Notes: generated from the sequence alone by a model not told the origin. DNA of 64,000 nucleotides from an uncultured Alphaproteobacteria bacterium (GCA_963845385.1 CAWJRW010000006.1:1224910-1288909), one strand, 5' to 3'; positions 1-11,595 are shown, numbered from the stretch's first letter. Translations and numbers: made by a program.

Positions 1-1269
1 GTCGTGACGAGAGTCACGATGTCCTTGAAGGAGCCCGCTACGTCGCCGAATTGCTTGGAGCCGGAATCCACGGCCTTCGAGCCGGTCTCGGTCGTCATCA
101 CCGTCGTGTTGACGGCGCTCTGAACCTCGTCGATGAGCGTGCGGATTTCCTTTGTCGATCCGCCGACGCGATCGGCGAGCTTTCGTATTTCGTCGGCGAC
201 GATGGCGAAGCGCTTGCCCGTCTCGCCGGCGCCGGCCGCCTCGATGGTCGCGTTGATGGCGAGAATGTTCGTCTGCTCGGCGAGCTCCGAGACAATCTCC
301 AACACGCCGCCGATCTGTTGCGATTTCCGCCCGAGCTCCAGCATGTGATGGACGATGAGATCGACCTGGCGCCGGATGGCGGAGATCGAATTCATGGGCA
401 CTCTCCACGGTGCCTTGCCCCGAGCGCGCGGCCGTGGAGGTCTGCTCGGCGATTTGGGCGACGCGCTGGGCGCTGCCGGCGATCTGACGCGATGTGGCGA
501 GCAGCTCGTTAATCGTCGTCGTGATCTCGTTCATCGCGGTGGCTTGCTCTTTTGCGCCGGAGGCTTGTTGGTTGGCCGCCGCATGAAGCTCGGCCGACGA
601 GCTTTGCACTTGTCCCACGGCAGAACCGACCTGTGCGCCCAGCGTCCGCGTCAGGAAGATGGCGACGCCGCCGGCGAACAACACCGCAAGGCCCGCGATG
701 ATCATGACGAGCGTCGTGGCCGACGACGCGGTTTTCGTCGCCGCTTCCTTCCGCTCGTCAAGCGCTTTCATCTTGTAGGCCGCAAAATCGTCGATCGCCT
801 CCCGCAATGCGTCCCGTCTCGGTTGCAGCTCGGTCTTGAATGCCTGAACCACGGCCTCCATCGGCGTGTTGGTGGTCCGCAGTGAAATCACCTGGTCCGC
901 AGCCGCCTCGTACGCCGAATTGAGGCGCTCGATCTCCGCCAGGAGGCGGCCAGCGTCATCGGAAGCCACCCGTCCGCGGATACCTTCAAGGACGGATGCG
1001 AGTTCGGCCCGCCGCTCGCGTAGTTCTGCGAGAGTGTCCTCGTCCTTGCTCAACAGGTAGCCCCGCACCGAAATTACGGTTCGCGCCGAGACCGCTGCAA
1101 GTTTCTCGGCATCAATAACGTCCTGCGCCTCGTTCGCGATCGCGGCGTCCTTCGCTTCGACCACGGTGCGGAGCGCGTACATGCCGACGGCGCTGATGGC
1201 GATGACCAAAGCGACCATTGCCGCAAAAGCCACGCCAACCTTCCGTCCAAAGGTCCAATGCTGAGCCAT
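1..1269 (-). CDS. Methyl-accepting chemotaxis protein (3' end runs off the window; one frame break near 395-405)
   Basis: Minus-strand ATG (revcomp of 1267-1269) gives [12 protein letters not shown]..., with two TM segments around a helical sensor. After a frame change the canonical signalling hairpin appears: ...[37 protein letters not shown]... It is absent from the ORF track because it is open at the window edge. Confidence 0.85.
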   Translation of the reverse strand, partial: MAQHWTFGRKVGVAFAAMVALVIAISAVGMYALRTVVEAKDAAIANEAQDVIDAEKLAAVSARTVISVRGYLLSKDEDTLAELRERRAELASVLEGIRGRVASDDAGRLLAEIERLNSAYEAAADQVISLRTTNTPMEAVVQAFKTELQPRRDALREAIDDFAAYKMKALDERKEAATKTASSATTLVMIIAGLAVLFAGGVAIFLTRTLGAQVGSAVGQVQSSSAELHAAANQQASGAKEQATAMNEITTTINELLATSRQIAGSAQRVAQIAEQTSTAARSGQGTVESAHEFDLRHPAPGRSHRPSHAGARAEIATDRRRVGDCLGARRADEHSRHQRDHRGGRRRRDGQALRHRRRRNTKARRSRRRIDKGNPHAHRRGSERRQHDGDDDRDRLEGRGFRLQAIRRRSGLLQGHRDSRHD

Positions 1270-1272
1270 GGC

Positions 1273-1824
1273 TCATTGCTCCCGCTGAGAGTTGGAATCA
1301 CTGCCCTGCGCTTCGATCGCCTCGATCACGGAGGCTATGTGAATGAGCGGCCGCGCGCCGTCCGGCGTCCGGATGATCTCCTTCACGAATCGACGTTGCC
1401 GCTCGCCTTTTTCGTCCGCCGCAATCGCGCTTTGCGGCACTTGGAGGTGTCCCTCGAACCGATCGAAGGCAAGGCCCACGCGCCGCTCGCCGCCCGCCGC
1501 GCCTGCCAGCACGAGCCAGCGCTGCGCGCCGTCGTCGGCGTAGCCCAAGAGAGCGGGAAGCGAGAAGACGGGCACGATGGAGCCTCTGAATCCCGCGACG
1601 CCGAGAAGAGCGGGCGCGCTGGCCGGCAAGGACACGATGGTCTTGTCGGCGAACAGACCCGAGATTTCCGAGAGGCGAATGGCGAATGGATCATGCGCCA
1701 GACGAACGGCCACGAGATTCTCGACAGGTGTCGCGTCCGTGTCCGGCGCCGCGGCAAAGGCGCGGTCGAACGCGTGCCGAAGCTCGGCGACCCTCTCCGT
1801 GAGTGTCACCGTTTCCCCGCTCAT
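1273..1824 (-). CDS. cheW: CheW-like coupling protein
   Basis: Intact ORF 1273..1824 (183 aa). CheW-domain pattern ...VAVRLAHDPFAIRLSEI...LPASAPALLGVAGFRGSIVPVFSLPALLG. Its stop lies 3 nt from the MCP start and it overlaps the cheR stop. Confidence 0.85.
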   Translation of the reverse strand: MSGETVTLTERVAELRHAFDRAFAAAPDTDATPVENLVAVRLAHDPFAIRLSEISGLFADKTIVSLPASAPALLGVAGFRGSIVPVFSLPALLGYADDGAQRWLVLAGAAGGERRVGLAFDRFEGHLQVPQSAIAADEKGERQRRFVKEIIRTPDGARPLIHIASVIEAIEAQGSDSNSQREQ

Positions 1825-3347
1825 GATTTTTCTCCGCAGGCGACGAGCTCACCGCGACACAGCGCGACGAGCGCGTTGCGGCTGAAGCCGCCCCCAAAGA
1901 GAAGCAGACGCGAAGCGTCCTCGCGCTGGAGCAAGGCCAAGGCGAGCCGCAATTCGCGGCGCGCACCCTTGCGATCTCCTTCCCGGCGCATCAGCCTGCC
2001 GAGATGCAGATGCGGCATGGCAAATGCGGGATCGAGATAGGCCGCGACCTGATCGTGCTCGGCGGCTCCCCGTCGATCGCCCTCGCCTTCCCTGCACAGC
2101 GCCAAGACGTAATGCGCGCCGGCATTCAGATCGTCGGCTTTGAGAAGGCCCCGGCACACATGCAGGGCTCTTGAGAACTGGGCGCTCTGCACGAGCAGGA
2201 CGGCCAAGAGCAACAGCACGTCCGGATCGGCCGCGGACTCCGGGGGAAGGTTCTCGACGAGATGGAGCGCGTCGGCAAAACGCTCCTTGCGCAGCAAATC
2301 GATGGGCGCGGCGAGGTCCCATAGGCGCGCGCCCTGCCCGCGCGCGTCGACCTCTTCGAGCGCCGTGTGCCGCGTCGCATCGGCTAGGCGCTCGATGCGC
2401 CCTGATGCCCGGCCGATCGCGTCCACCCAATCGCCGCTCAGTGAAGGGAGCGGCTGGGGAAGCGGCGACACGGCGATTGCGTGCGGCGCCAGACCGATCG
2501 CGCGCCGCGCCGGAGGCTCGATGCGCTCCTTGCGCTCGTAGTAGAACGTGCCGTGGGAATGGCGGAGGTGGAAGTCCTGCGACAAGCCTCGCAGCGTCTC
2601 CGCGTGACCGAGGAACAGATAGCCGCCCGGAGCCAGTGCGCGCGTGAGGCGTTGCACGAGGCCGATGGCGCTTTCGGGCGTGAAATACATGATCACGTTG
2701 CGGCAAAAGACGATGTCATAGGCTTCGGGCTCGAAGAGATCCGGATCGTCGGCGGCCAGGTTTCGCACGTCGAACTTGACCGATGCGCGGATGGCCGCAT
2801 CGAGCACGACGTCGTTCTTCTCGGCTTGAAACCATCGCCCTTGAATGTCGGCAGGTGTCTCGCGCAGCACCCATTTGGAATAGCGTCCCGCTGCCGCCTT
2901 CTTGATCATCTCGGGATTGATGTCCACCGCGCGAATGGAAATCTCCCAACCGGGGTCCACCGTCTCGCGCGCGGCGATCGCGAGCGAATAGGGCTCCTCG
3001 CCGGAGGCGCAGCCCGCCGACAAAATGCGCAATCGCCGCGAGCCCGCGCGCGCGGCCAGCCGCTCCGGAAGCGCCACCGCCGAGAACACGCGGAACTGCT
3101 CGATATTGCGGAAGAAGTAGGTCTCGTTGACCGTCAGGTCCTGTGCCAAAAGCGAGATCTCCGCGAGCCGGGAGTCGGTGCGCAGAGTCTCCAGATAGGA
3201 GTCGCAGGGCAAACCCGTCGCCTCGAGCCTGTTGCGCAAGAGCTCGCCGATAACGGGGAGCTTGCTCTCGTCGAAGTGAAGTCCCAGGCACCGCGTCACG
3301 AGGTCGCGAAACCGCTCCACATCGTCGAGGGCGAGCGCGGCGCTCAT
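1821..3347 (-). CDS. cheR: CheR-type chemotaxis methyltransferase with C-terminal TPR domain
   Basis: Intact ORF of 508 aa. N-terminal CheR region (NETYFFRN, ILSAGCASGEEPYSLA, VFCRNVIMYF) followed by a ~200-aa helical repeat tail typical of CheR-TPR proteins from alternative chemosensory pathways. Confidence 0.9.
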   Translation of the reverse strand: MSAALALDDVERFRDLVTRCLGLHFDESKLPVIGELLRNRLEATGLPCDSYLETLRTDSRLAEISLLAQDLTVNETYFFRNIEQFRVFSAVALPERLAARAGSRRLRILSAGCASGEEPYSLAIAARETVDPGWEISIRAVDINPEMIKKAAAGRYSKWVLRETPADIQGRWFQAEKNDVVLDAAIRASVKFDVRNLAADDPDLFEPEAYDIVFCRNVIMYFTPESAIGLVQRLTRALAPGGYLFLGHAETLRGLSQDFHLRHSHGTFYYERKERIEPPARRAIGLAPHAIAVSPLPQPLPSLSGDWVDAIGRASGRIERLADATRHTALEEVDARGQGARLWDLAAPIDLLRKERFADALHLVENLPPESAADPDVLLLLAVLLVQSAQFSRALHVCRGLLKADDLNAGAHYVLALCREGEGDRRGAAEHDQVAAYLDPAFAMPHLHLGRLMRREGDRKGARRELRLALALLQREDASRLLLFGGGFSRNALVALCRGELVACGEKS

Positions 3348-3838
3348 TGGATCGTCCCGCCCGTTCCGAGCGCCGCCCAGACCGTCTCGGGAATGAGCCG
3401 GCCGCTCTGCAGCAAGAGCAAGAGCTGAGCGTCCAACGTGCCGAGCGCCGAAATCCGCTCACCGTTGCCGTCGCGGAGGAGCGGAGGCAGGTCTTGCAGC
3501 GATTGGGCGGGAATTGTGCGCAATCCGATTACCGCATCGACCGCCAGCGCGACCGTGCGTGCTTCGATGCGAAGCGTGATGAGGCGCGCCGGGTGTGACT
3601 GCGCGGCCCCGAATAGCGCCGCAAGATCGACGACCGGCACGGGCGTCCCGCGAATGATCGACAGGCCCGAGACAAAGGGCGGCACATCCGTCACCGGTTC
3701 GAGCGGCAACGGCCGCATGGTCTCGATTACATCAGCGGCGCGCAGCGCAAAGAGCCGTGCGTCGGCGCGGCACACGAGCCAAGCTTCCCGCCCCACCCCC
3801 GCCACGGTCGGTACGGCGTCGCGTTCCTCTTTGCGCAT
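3344..3838 (-). CDS. cheW: CheW-like coupling protein
   Basis: ORF 3344..3964. I take the internal ATG at 3838 (MRKEERD...). CheW pattern LVCRADARLFALRAADVIETMRPLPLEPVTDVPPFVSGLSIIRGTPVPVVDLAALFG. 4-nt overlap with cheR. Confidence 0.8.
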   Translation of the reverse strand: MRKEERDAVPTVAGVGREAWLVCRADARLFALRAADVIETMRPLPLEPVTDVPPFVSGLSIIRGTPVPVVDLAALFGAAQSHPARLITLRIEARTVALAVDAVIGLRTIPAQSLQDLPPLLRDGNGERISALGTLDAQLLLLLQSGRLIPETVWAALGTGGTIQ

Positions 3839-4322
3839 GTCGAGGCGTCCGTGCGTCAACTTGGCGATCCTTCGCGAAGTGCGCCTCGTAGGCGGACTAT
3901 GGGGAAGCACCGGATCGCGCCGTGTTGGCTCAGAAGCCGTGCAGGCGTAAACCAGCGCACGCACTACGAGCGCGGACTATGCGACGCACAACGTTAACGA
4001 GTGTTTGATAATTGTGTACGTGTGGAGAGGTGTCTCGGCGCGTTGCAGTGGGGCATCGCCAGCGCGCATGGGGATCCTTGGCCCCTCACTCGCATCCGCA
4101 GGGAAGCGCCAAATGTTTCGGTACATCAAAGACTTAAAATCACATGACAGGGCTCGCAACACGTGGTGGGAGAGCCGTCACAAGCGCTTTTGAGCAAAGG
4201 ATCGGGCTTGTTTCGCCGGCTGGCTTCGCCGGAGAGTGCATGGATGATTAGCCTCCCGATCTTCACACTTGCGTGCCGCGACTTAGCTGGCGCCGGGACA
4301 TATCAGGAGGACGCGCGCTCAT

Positions 4323-5136
4323 ATGCCTAATCAAAGCTTCCCCTCGCTCAAGGGCCGAGCCGTGCTTGTCACCGGCGGCGCACGGGGGCTCGGGCGCGAG
4401 ATGGCGCTTGCACTGGCTGAGGCCGGAGCGCGGATTGCCATCACCGCAAAGAGCGACAGCCGCTGCGTTGCACGACACCGCGCGCGCCATTCAGCAGTAC
4501 GGCAGCGAGGGTCTCGCGATCGTGGCCGATGTCCGCTCGACCCTCGACTGCGACCGCGCGGTCCGCACGGTTTGCGAGCGCTTCGGCCGCCTCGACGTGC
4601 TCGTCAACAATGCGGGCCTCGGCATGCGGCCGGTGAGCGAAACTTATATCGACGTTCCGCCGAAATTCTGGGAGGCGGATCCCGCAGCGTGGCGCGACAT
4701 CGTCGACACCAACATCAACGGCGTCTTCAACATGGCCCGCGCGGCCGTGCCAGGCATGATCGCGCGAGCGTTCGGCAAGCTGATCAATATCACGACCAGC
4801 GCCAACACCATGACGCGCAGGGGCTTGTCGCCCTACGGCCCGTCCAAGATCGCGGTGGAGGCCATGTCGCGCATTTGGGCGAAGGATCTCGAGGGTGCCG
4901 GGATCGACGTCAACGTTTTTCTCCCCGGTGCCGCTACGGACACGGACATCCTTCCCGACAAGCGCCGCAAGGACGCCGGTCTTCTTCCGCCCGCCATCAT
5001 GCGCGCGGGAATTCTCTGGCTCTGCGCCGATCAATCGAACGGACAGACGGCGGGGCGCTATGTCGCGAAACTGTGGGACGCAGGGCTTCCGCCGGACAAA
5101 GCCGCCGCCGGCGCGCGCGAAGATTTGCCGATCTAG
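4323..5136 (+). CDS. Short-chain dehydrogenase/reductase (one frame break ~4455-4470)
   Basis: N-terminus MPNQSFPSLKGRAVLVTGGARGLGREMA (TGxxxGxG) is in the 4323 frame. The rest (NNAG, SPYGPSKIAVE = YxxxK) is in the 4273..5136 frame. AGGAGG lies upstream of the ATG. Confidence 0.85.
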
Positions 5137-5678
5137 CGCGCGGCGCCGGCGGGAACGAAGGCGGGCCAGCTCAAATCACGTTCGCTGATCACCGTGACCG
5201 GCAGCGGCCAGGCGATGGCGAAGGCCGGATCGTCGTAGCGATGGCCGGCCGCGGCATCCGGCGCATAGAAGGCGGAGATTTGGTAGAGAATCTCGGCCTC
5301 GTCAGTGAGCGACTGAAACCCGTGCAGGAAGCCTTTCGGAATGTACACCGCCCGCCGATTGCCCGCGCTGAGCTCGAAGCCCTGCCAGCGGCCATAGCTC
5401 GGCGAATGGGGCCTCAAGTCCACGATCACGTCGAAAATCGCGCCATGCACGCAACGGACGATCTTCGTCTCCTCGTGCGGGGCCTTTTGCAAATGCAGCC
5501 CGCGCAGCGTGCCGCGCCGGGTATTGTAAGAGAGGCTTTCCTGCGCGATGTCCGCATCGAGGCTCTGCGCCGCGAGCTCTCGCCCGCACCAAGCGCGCGC
5601 AAAGAAGCCGCGCTCGTCGCGATGCAACTCGAGATCGATCTGCCACGCCCCGTCGAGCTTTGTCGGCGTGAAGATCAT
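5133..5678 (-). CDS. rmlC: dTDP-4-dehydrorhamnose 3,5-epimerase
   Basis: Intact 181-aa ORF. RmlC-like sequence ...HRDERGFFARAW...RGLHLQKAPHEETKIVRCVHGAIFDVIVDLR...AVYIPKGFLHGFQSL... Confidence 0.9.
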   Translation of the reverse strand: MIFTPTKLDGAWQIDLELHRDERGFFARAWCGRELAAQSLDADIAQESLSYNTRRGTLRGLHLQKAPHEETKIVRCVHGAIFDVIVDLRPHSPSYGRWQGFELSAGNRRAVYIPKGFLHGFQSLTDEAEILYQISAFYAPDAAAGHRYDDPAFAIAWPLPVTVISERDLSWPAFVPAGAAR

Positions 5679-5698
5679 TCAGGCCGTCCCGCGCCGGA

Positions 5699-7019
5699 TT
5701 ACGCGACGCACTCGAGAAGGCCTGCGGCTTCAAGCGCGTCGGCGGCCGAACGGATCGCGGCAAACGGCGTGTCCGCGCGCTCCGCCGTATCGAGCAGCGA
5801 GTGCCGGCCGTCGGCCAGGTTGAGCACCCAGAGAAGCGCCATCTGGTCGTAGCCCGCCGAGCGATAGCCTCCCATGGCCGTGTAGAGTCCGCGCCGGCCG
5901 AGCTGCGGCTCGCCTTTGGGATTGAGGCTCCGATAGGTGGCATCCCCCTCGATGACGGCGACGATCTGCTTCAGAATCTCGAGGGAATGCTCGAGGCTTT
6001 GCGGACGGAGCAAGGCGAGATTGTCGGCGGAGCTGTGATATTCCGGATATTGGCCGTTCGGCGTGCGCATCAGGCAGCCGACGGGCAAGTCGAAGCCCGG
6101 CGAGCAGTACTGGCGCTCGTCATAGCCATAGGGGATGAAGGGCGTGATCTTGTGCGGCTGCCCGTCGCGGCCCAACACATGCGCCACGATGCGATCGATG
6201 GCGGCGTCGCCTCGCCGGCTCTGCTTGTAGGTCACGCCGCCCGCATCCCCGAGGCAGGACAGAACGAGGCCGTGGTGGATGCGCGCAAGCTTGTCCTCGT
6301 TGCGCGACAACCACACAAGCGAGCCGATCGTGCCCGGGATGAACAAGAGACGGTAGGTATACCGCCGCGGCTTCCCTTGAAGATGGCGCGCCAGCATCGT
6401 CGCAACGGCGATGCCCGAGAGGTTGTCGTTGGCGAGCGAGGGGTGACAGACATGGCAGGAGAGAAGCACGGTCTCCTCGCTCGCGCCGGGGAGAACGAGC
6501 TCGCCATAGCTGAGGTGACCCTCGTCGCAGCGACGAGTCGATCACGACGCGATAATTCCCGGGTACGAGCGCGTCGAGCGTGCGCTGCGTGAGGCAGAAG
6601 CCCCAATTGTCCTTGTAATAGGAGGTCCGATAAGGAATCCAATCGGGCTGCTCGGGCATCGTGTGCAGATGCGGACGTAGCTTCGCGAGCGGCATCACCT
6701 CGTCCATCGACCGGCTGTAATGCACGATGTGCAAATTGTGGTCCGCGAAATCGACGACGCGCGTGCCGGACGAGTCGGCAATGTAAGCGCTGCGAATGTT
6801 CCATTCCCGCGGCACCGTCCAGTCGAAGGCCGGGGTGCCGGAAGGCACTTCAGACACCTCGATCGGGATGTGGCGTTTCAAGATCGCCAGCGTTTGGCGC
6901 ACACCCTCGCCCGTGATGCTGCGGCATATCGGATACAGTTCCTCGGCAAGCAGCATCATGGCCGTGCCGTCGGAAACATTTGGCGCTTTGCGCCTGCTTG
7001 ATAGCGGCTCGTTTCCCAT
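5699..7019 (-). CDS. Aminopeptidase-like DUF2172/DUF4910 protein (one frame break ~6530)
   Basis: The N-terminal half is in ORF 6120..7019 (LYPICRSITGEGVRQTL...) and the C-terminal half is in ORF 5699..6469 (CHPSLANDNLSGIAV...). This is the family usually found in polysaccharide clusters. Confidence 0.7.
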
Positions 7020-7277
7020 GGCACCGACTCACGCGGCCGGCCGACGCAAACTCCCGTGATTGGACGGTTTGATCAAAGCGACCGCGAGAGACACGTTTAT
7101 CTCCCCTGAAAGCTTGTCGCGCCCTTAACGGGCACGCGGGGAACCGCTGAATCAACCATGATTCGCATCGAGAGCCGTTGCGCATAAAGGTCGCGGCTGG
7201 CCGATGGGTTAGAGGCGCCCGGGCCGCGCGCTGGCGCTTTTCTCGCCCGCCGCGTCCGACGCAGTCTCATGAGTGAA

Positions 7278-7304
7278 CAAGGTCCAGCGCGACGCCGGAC
7301 CTTG
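7278..7304 (-). terminator. Hairpin downstream of cspA
   Basis: CAAGGTCC-N11-GGACCTTG, ~30 nt after the cspA stop on the minus strand. The T-run is weak. Confidence 0.35.
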
Positions 7305-7332
7305 CACCGTCATCAAAACGTCGCAGATGAGC

Positions 7333-7539
7333 TCAATCGGCGAGGGAGAGATTGGCGGCGGAGTCTTTGCCGCGATCGCGCGCGATCTCGTATTTGACCC
7401 GCTGACCCTCTCTAAGGCTGCCGAGGCCTGCGCGCTCGACGGCGGAGATGTGGACGAACACGTCCTTGCCGCCCTCGTCCGGCTGGATGAAGCCGTAACC
7501 CTTTTGCATGTTGAACCACTTGACAGTACCCGTCGCCAT
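7333..7539 (-). CDS. cspA: Cold-shock protein (CspA family)
   Basis: [34 protein letters not shown]... (68 aa), starting at an internal ATG of ORF 7333..7941. Confidence 0.92.
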   Translation of the reverse strand: MATGTVKWFNMQKGYGFIQPDEGGKDVFVHISAVERAGLGSLREGQRVKYEIARDRGKDSAANLSLAD

Positions 7540-7559
7540 CGCGGCCTCCGTGGATGCGG

Positions 7560-7832
7560 CTAACGCCTGCGGATAAAAGTGCGCCGGCGCGCGGGCGTCG
7601 ACGCCGCCGCCGTGTCCTTGTGCCGGAAAATGATGCGGCCCTTGTCGAGATCGTAAGGCGTCATCTCGACGGTGACGCGGTCGCCGGCAAGCGTGCGGAT
7701 GCGATTCTTTTTCATGCGCCCCGCCGTATAGGCGATGAGTTGGTGTTCGTTGTCGAGCTTCACGCGGTAGCGCCCATCGGGAAGAACGTCGGTCACCACA
7801 CCCTCGAAGGTGAGGAACTCCTCCTTCGCCAT
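7560..7832 (-). CDS. infA: Translation initiation factor IF-1 (with basic C-terminal extension)
   Basis: [72 protein letters not shown] plus an 18-aa tail ending RRR. Starts at an internal ATG of ORF 7560..7937. Confidence 0.92.
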   Translation of the reverse strand: MAKEEFLTFEGVVTDVLPDGRYRVKLDNEHQLIAYTAGRMKKNRIRTLAGDRVTVEMTPYDLDKGRIIFRHKDTAAASTPARRRTFIRRR

Positions 7833-8484
7833 AGCGCGCCCTAGCTCCGCAGTCCCGTCTGCGTCCCGATTCCGATCGAGACGAGATGGCCGCCGGCTCG
7901 CAAGCCGCGCCCGCGCAGCTTGGCAAACCCGAAACAATCAAGAGCGGGGAAGATCACGAAAAGCTTGTCCTCATAAACCTCCAAGCGCGCAGAGCACCCT
8001 CGGCTGGACGCCGACACTCACGCGCATGAGGGCAGACGGTGATTGGCATGAATTGTCTCGGACTGAAGCGCCGCCAAGAAGGCCGTGACGCTTCGCGCGA
8101 TCGCGAGCAATTCAGACGCGCGGAACATGGGCACCGGACAACCCGATGTCAAGGGCGCCGCGGCGACCCGAGGCGCGCGGTCCGGGCACGTGCGGGATGG
8201 TGAGATCGGGCAGCGGTGGGCGTTTGGCTCCAAGCCTCGCGCCCTGGAGGCGGCATGGCGCGGAGAAAAGCTGGCTGGCGCTGTCCGAGCTCGTATGGCG
8301 ACGGATGAGGGCCGGGCGACTCGGCACAGGGCCGTGAAGCCGCCGCCTCTCGCTCTCGACAGGGCCTCCCAGGGAAGCCTCGGTGATCATCCGAATCGTC
8401 CGACCAAGCCTGGCCGGCATTGCCGCCACCCGCTGAGATTGCGAGGATCAACATTTTGTGATCGGCGGGGCATCCTTCTACTTT

Positions 8485-8524
8485 ATTTAGAATTAGTCAG
8501 TTGGACTTAATGAGAATTCTTGCG
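8485..8524 (+). promoter_or_regulatory. AT-rich candidate iron-regulator site upstream of the TonB-dependent receptor
   Basis: TTTAGAATTAGTC resembles a half Irr ICE motif (TTTAGAA-N3-TTCTAAA). TTAATGAGAATTCTT matches the Fur-box core TAATGATAATCATT at 11 of 14 positions. The site lies 155-195 nt upstream of the ATG at 8680. Confidence 0.3.
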
Positions 8525-8679
8525 ATTTTCGGTGGAGTCCGTACAGTGAATACGCGAGCTCCGTATGGTCGCGGGGCCTGAAACAAAAACACCGCGCCAA
8601 CCTCTGCAAAAGGGGAGACGGGTGCAGCCCGCTCTGTGTAAATACAAGCCGGGGCAGGCGCGGTGAATTGGGGGAAACA

Positions 8680-11250
8680 ATGAAATCAGCACACTTGTCA
8701 CTCACGACTTGCGTCTCGGCGTGCGCGCTGTTTGCTTTCTTTTCGACGCCGCTCGCCGCGCAAGGAACGGTCGAGACGATGATCGTCACGGCCCAGAAGC
8801 GCGAGCAGGCCCTGCAAGACGTCAGCGCCGCGGTCAGCGCAGTCAGCGCCGAGCGCTTGCAAGAGGCACACATCAGCAACCTCGAAGACCTGCAGGTCAT
8901 CGTGCCGAACATCTATTTCGGCAACGACTTCAACATGGCCAAGACGTTCATTCGCGGCGTCGGTGCGAACACCTCGACCACCGGCAGCGAAACGGGCGTG
9001 GCCATGCATGTGGACGGCGCTTTCGTGGCGCGCGCCGAGGCTCAGCTCACCTCGCTCTTCGATCTCGAGCGGGTCGAAGTGCTGCGCGGCCCCCAGGGCA
9101 CGCTGTATGGGCGGAACGCGGTCGGCGGCTCGATCAACCTGATCACGGCCAAGCCGACGACGGAGTTCGAGGCCTATGGCCGCGTCACCTACGGCAATTA
9201 CCAGCACATCGACGGCGAGGGCGCGGTCAGCGGCGCGATCAACGACACACTGGCTGGCCCGCGTCGCGTTCAAGAGCGAGCATCGCAACGGCTTCGGCAT
9301 CAACCCGGATACGGGCAACGACGTCGACGATTTAAGCCGCACCATGGCCCGTTTGCACCTCAATTGGGTGCCGACCGACAATTTCGACATCCTCCTCACG
9401 CGGCGAGTACTACACGCAGAACGACTCCTCGCGCGCCCTTAAGTTCCGCCGCGATGCGTTTCCGGGTCTTGTGCGCCTTCGCTCCGCCAGCTGCCACAAC
9501 TCTACGTCTCGGCCGGCGGCGTCGGCGGCGGCTATGCCGTCGACCCACGCGACTTGGCCTCCGAGGTCGACCCCGCGACCGAGACCGATACCTGGTCGGT
9601 GACCGGTACGACGACTTGGGACGTGAACGACAACATCTCGCTGGTCAACATCAGCAATTTTCGCGAGATCATCGGCTTCATCACCCAGGACCTCGACCTT
9701 TCGTCTGCCGTCAGTCACTTTTATGGCGACTAGGCAGATCCGCGCAATTTCAACTCCACCATTCAACGGCGCGACATCAAGGCCGGCAGTTCAGCACCGA
9801 GCAGCAATTCAAGTGGTCAAGCGAGCACCTGAATGCCGTGTTCGGCGGCTTCTATTTCAACGAGAAGCAAGACCCGGTCGACACGGTCGGACTTGGCCCG
9901 GTGCTTGGCGAGGCGCATATCTTCGCCGCAATGACGTCACCGGCATTGGATTTCCACCGATCACCGTCGACCGGTTTGCGGTCGACGGCACAACGTTGCG
10001 TTTCCACCGCCGGGCTTCCGCTTGCATCACGCGCTCTTCCTCTGCAACTCGGGCAAGTATCTGGGCGACGGAACCACGAGCGCCACGCCGCCGCCGCCGA
10101 AGCGGGTCTGCATCAAGACCCACCTCACGTCGGAAGCCTGGGCGGTGTTCGGGCAAGCGAACATCAATTTGGGCATTTTGAGCCCTGCCCTTGACACCCT
10201 CGCGCTCAAGCTCGGCGCCCGCTACAGCAACGAGCAAGTCAGCGCCCAGAGCCCGTCCTTCATCTTTGCCGGCCCGCAACGGCTGCGTGGCGCCGATCAT
10301 CCTCACCACGGGGGCGGGCAACTACAACGAGCGCAGCTTCGACAACTTCTCGCCGGAAGCGGGCATCGAATGGAGCCCGACGGACGATCTGCTCCTCTAC
10401 TACACCTATTCGCGGGGCTTCAAAGCAGGGGCGGGTGAGAACAACCAGGGGCCTGACAACGTGCCGCTGCTCGCGTTTCAGGTCGATCATCGTCGATCCC
10501 GAGCAGATCGAGAACCACGAAGCGGGCTTGAAGAGCGAGTGGTTCGACAATCGCCTGATCGTCAATATTGCGGGCTTCACCTACGACCTCGAAGGCCAGC
10601 AGATCAACAAGACGACTCTCGGGCGGCGCGGCAGGCTTCAGCACGATCTTCCAGAACGCGGCCCAGACCTCGGCAAAGGGCGTCGAGCTCGATTTCACCG
10701 CCCTTGTGACCGATGACTTCCGGATGGGCGGCTCGGTCAACTGGCTCGATTCCAAGTACAAGGACTTCTTGACCACCGATCCGCTCAATCCGAGAAACAT
10801 TGCGGGCGGCGTGCCCGGCGGCGATTCCCTGCGCCGTCGGATCCGGTGACCGACCTCGCGGTCCCGCCGCTGCCGGCGATTCAGCTCGCCGGCAACCCGA
10901 CGCGGAATTCGCCCAAGTGGTCGGCGGCCTTACATGCCGAGTACGACATCAGGGGCTGGGATATGCTCGGTGGCGGCTATCTCACGCCGAACATCGATGT
11001 CACCTACAAGAGCGACGTCTTCTTCACCGAGTTCGCGCGTCTCTTGGAGGGACAGGAAGCCTATACTCTCATCGACGGCGGCCTCCGTTACACCTCGGGC
11101 AACGAGAAGCTGACGGCCGATCTGTGGGTGAAGAACGCCACCGACAAGCTCGCCGCGAGCAGCACCTTCCAGCTCGCGACGGCGCGCGTGATCGGCGTCA
11201 CCTATCTGCCGCCGCGGATGTACGGCTTCTCCGTGGGTTACAAGTTCTAA
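8680..11250 (+). CDS. TonB-dependent receptor (at least 8 frame breaks; pseudogene or indel-error casualty)
   Basis: Signal peptide plus plug (TVETMIVTAQKRE...LERVEVLRGPQGTLYGRNAVGGSINLIT). Fragments continue in all three plus frames (9176..9442, 10191.., 10435.., 10568..). The C-terminus ...YLPPRMYGFSVGYKF ends in a terminal Phe. Confidence 0.85.
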
Positions 11251-11259
11251 CTTAAGGCG

Positions 11260-11345
11260 CTGGGGCGCTCGCGCGAGCGCCCCAGCCATCCAAGTCCTCA
11301 AGCGGCCGCTCTCTCGAACAAGAGAGCGGCCGCTCTTCTTTTCTT
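11260..11345 (+). terminator. Two consecutive GC-rich hairpins after the receptor gene
   Basis: CTGGGGCGCTCGCGCGAGCGCCCCAG (11260-11285), then AGCGGCCGCTCTCT-CGAACA-AGAGAGCGGCCGCT followed by CTTCTTTTCTT (11301-11345). Confidence 0.75.
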
Positions 11346-11490
11346 GCGCAAGTCCGCATTGTCCACGGTGCAACGGCGTTGGCACATTCTTGCATTTTGT
11401 TTAGCCGGTCGCGCTCATTGGGCTTCCGTCATCTCCCGGACTGAACGCTTGTTCCGGCAATCCAGGGCGACACGTTCCTTCGCGCTTGAC

Positions 11491-11595
11491 CCTGGATGCC
11501 CGAGACAAGCTCGGGCATGACAAGCGAGAGTGTGATGCGAAGCCGCTGTCCCAAACGAAAGCCTGTCATGCCCGGCATCAGCCGGGCATCCAGGG
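11491..11595. repeat. Inverted pair of 'GGATGCCCG..CGGGCATGAC' REP-like elements
   Basis: CCTGGATGCCCGAGACAAGCTCGGGCATGAC (11491-11521) and its inverted partner TGTCATGCCCGGCATCAGCCGGGCATCCAGGGG (11564-11595). A third copy sits at 37861-37896. Confidence 0.8.

Noticed and set aside
7560-7613. The 18-aa C-terminal extension of IF-1 as an anomaly or a read-through.
   Set aside because: Basic extensions ending in RRR are, to my knowledge, normal for infA in this group of Alphaproteobacteria. The frame is intact and the gene ends at a clean stop.
8085-8510. A 141-aa plus-strand ORF, and overlapping minus-strand ORFs, upstream of the first TonB-dependent receptor.
   Set aside because: There are no recognisable motifs, no start context and a biased Arg/Gly/Ala composition. 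The region is treated as unannotated rather than called.
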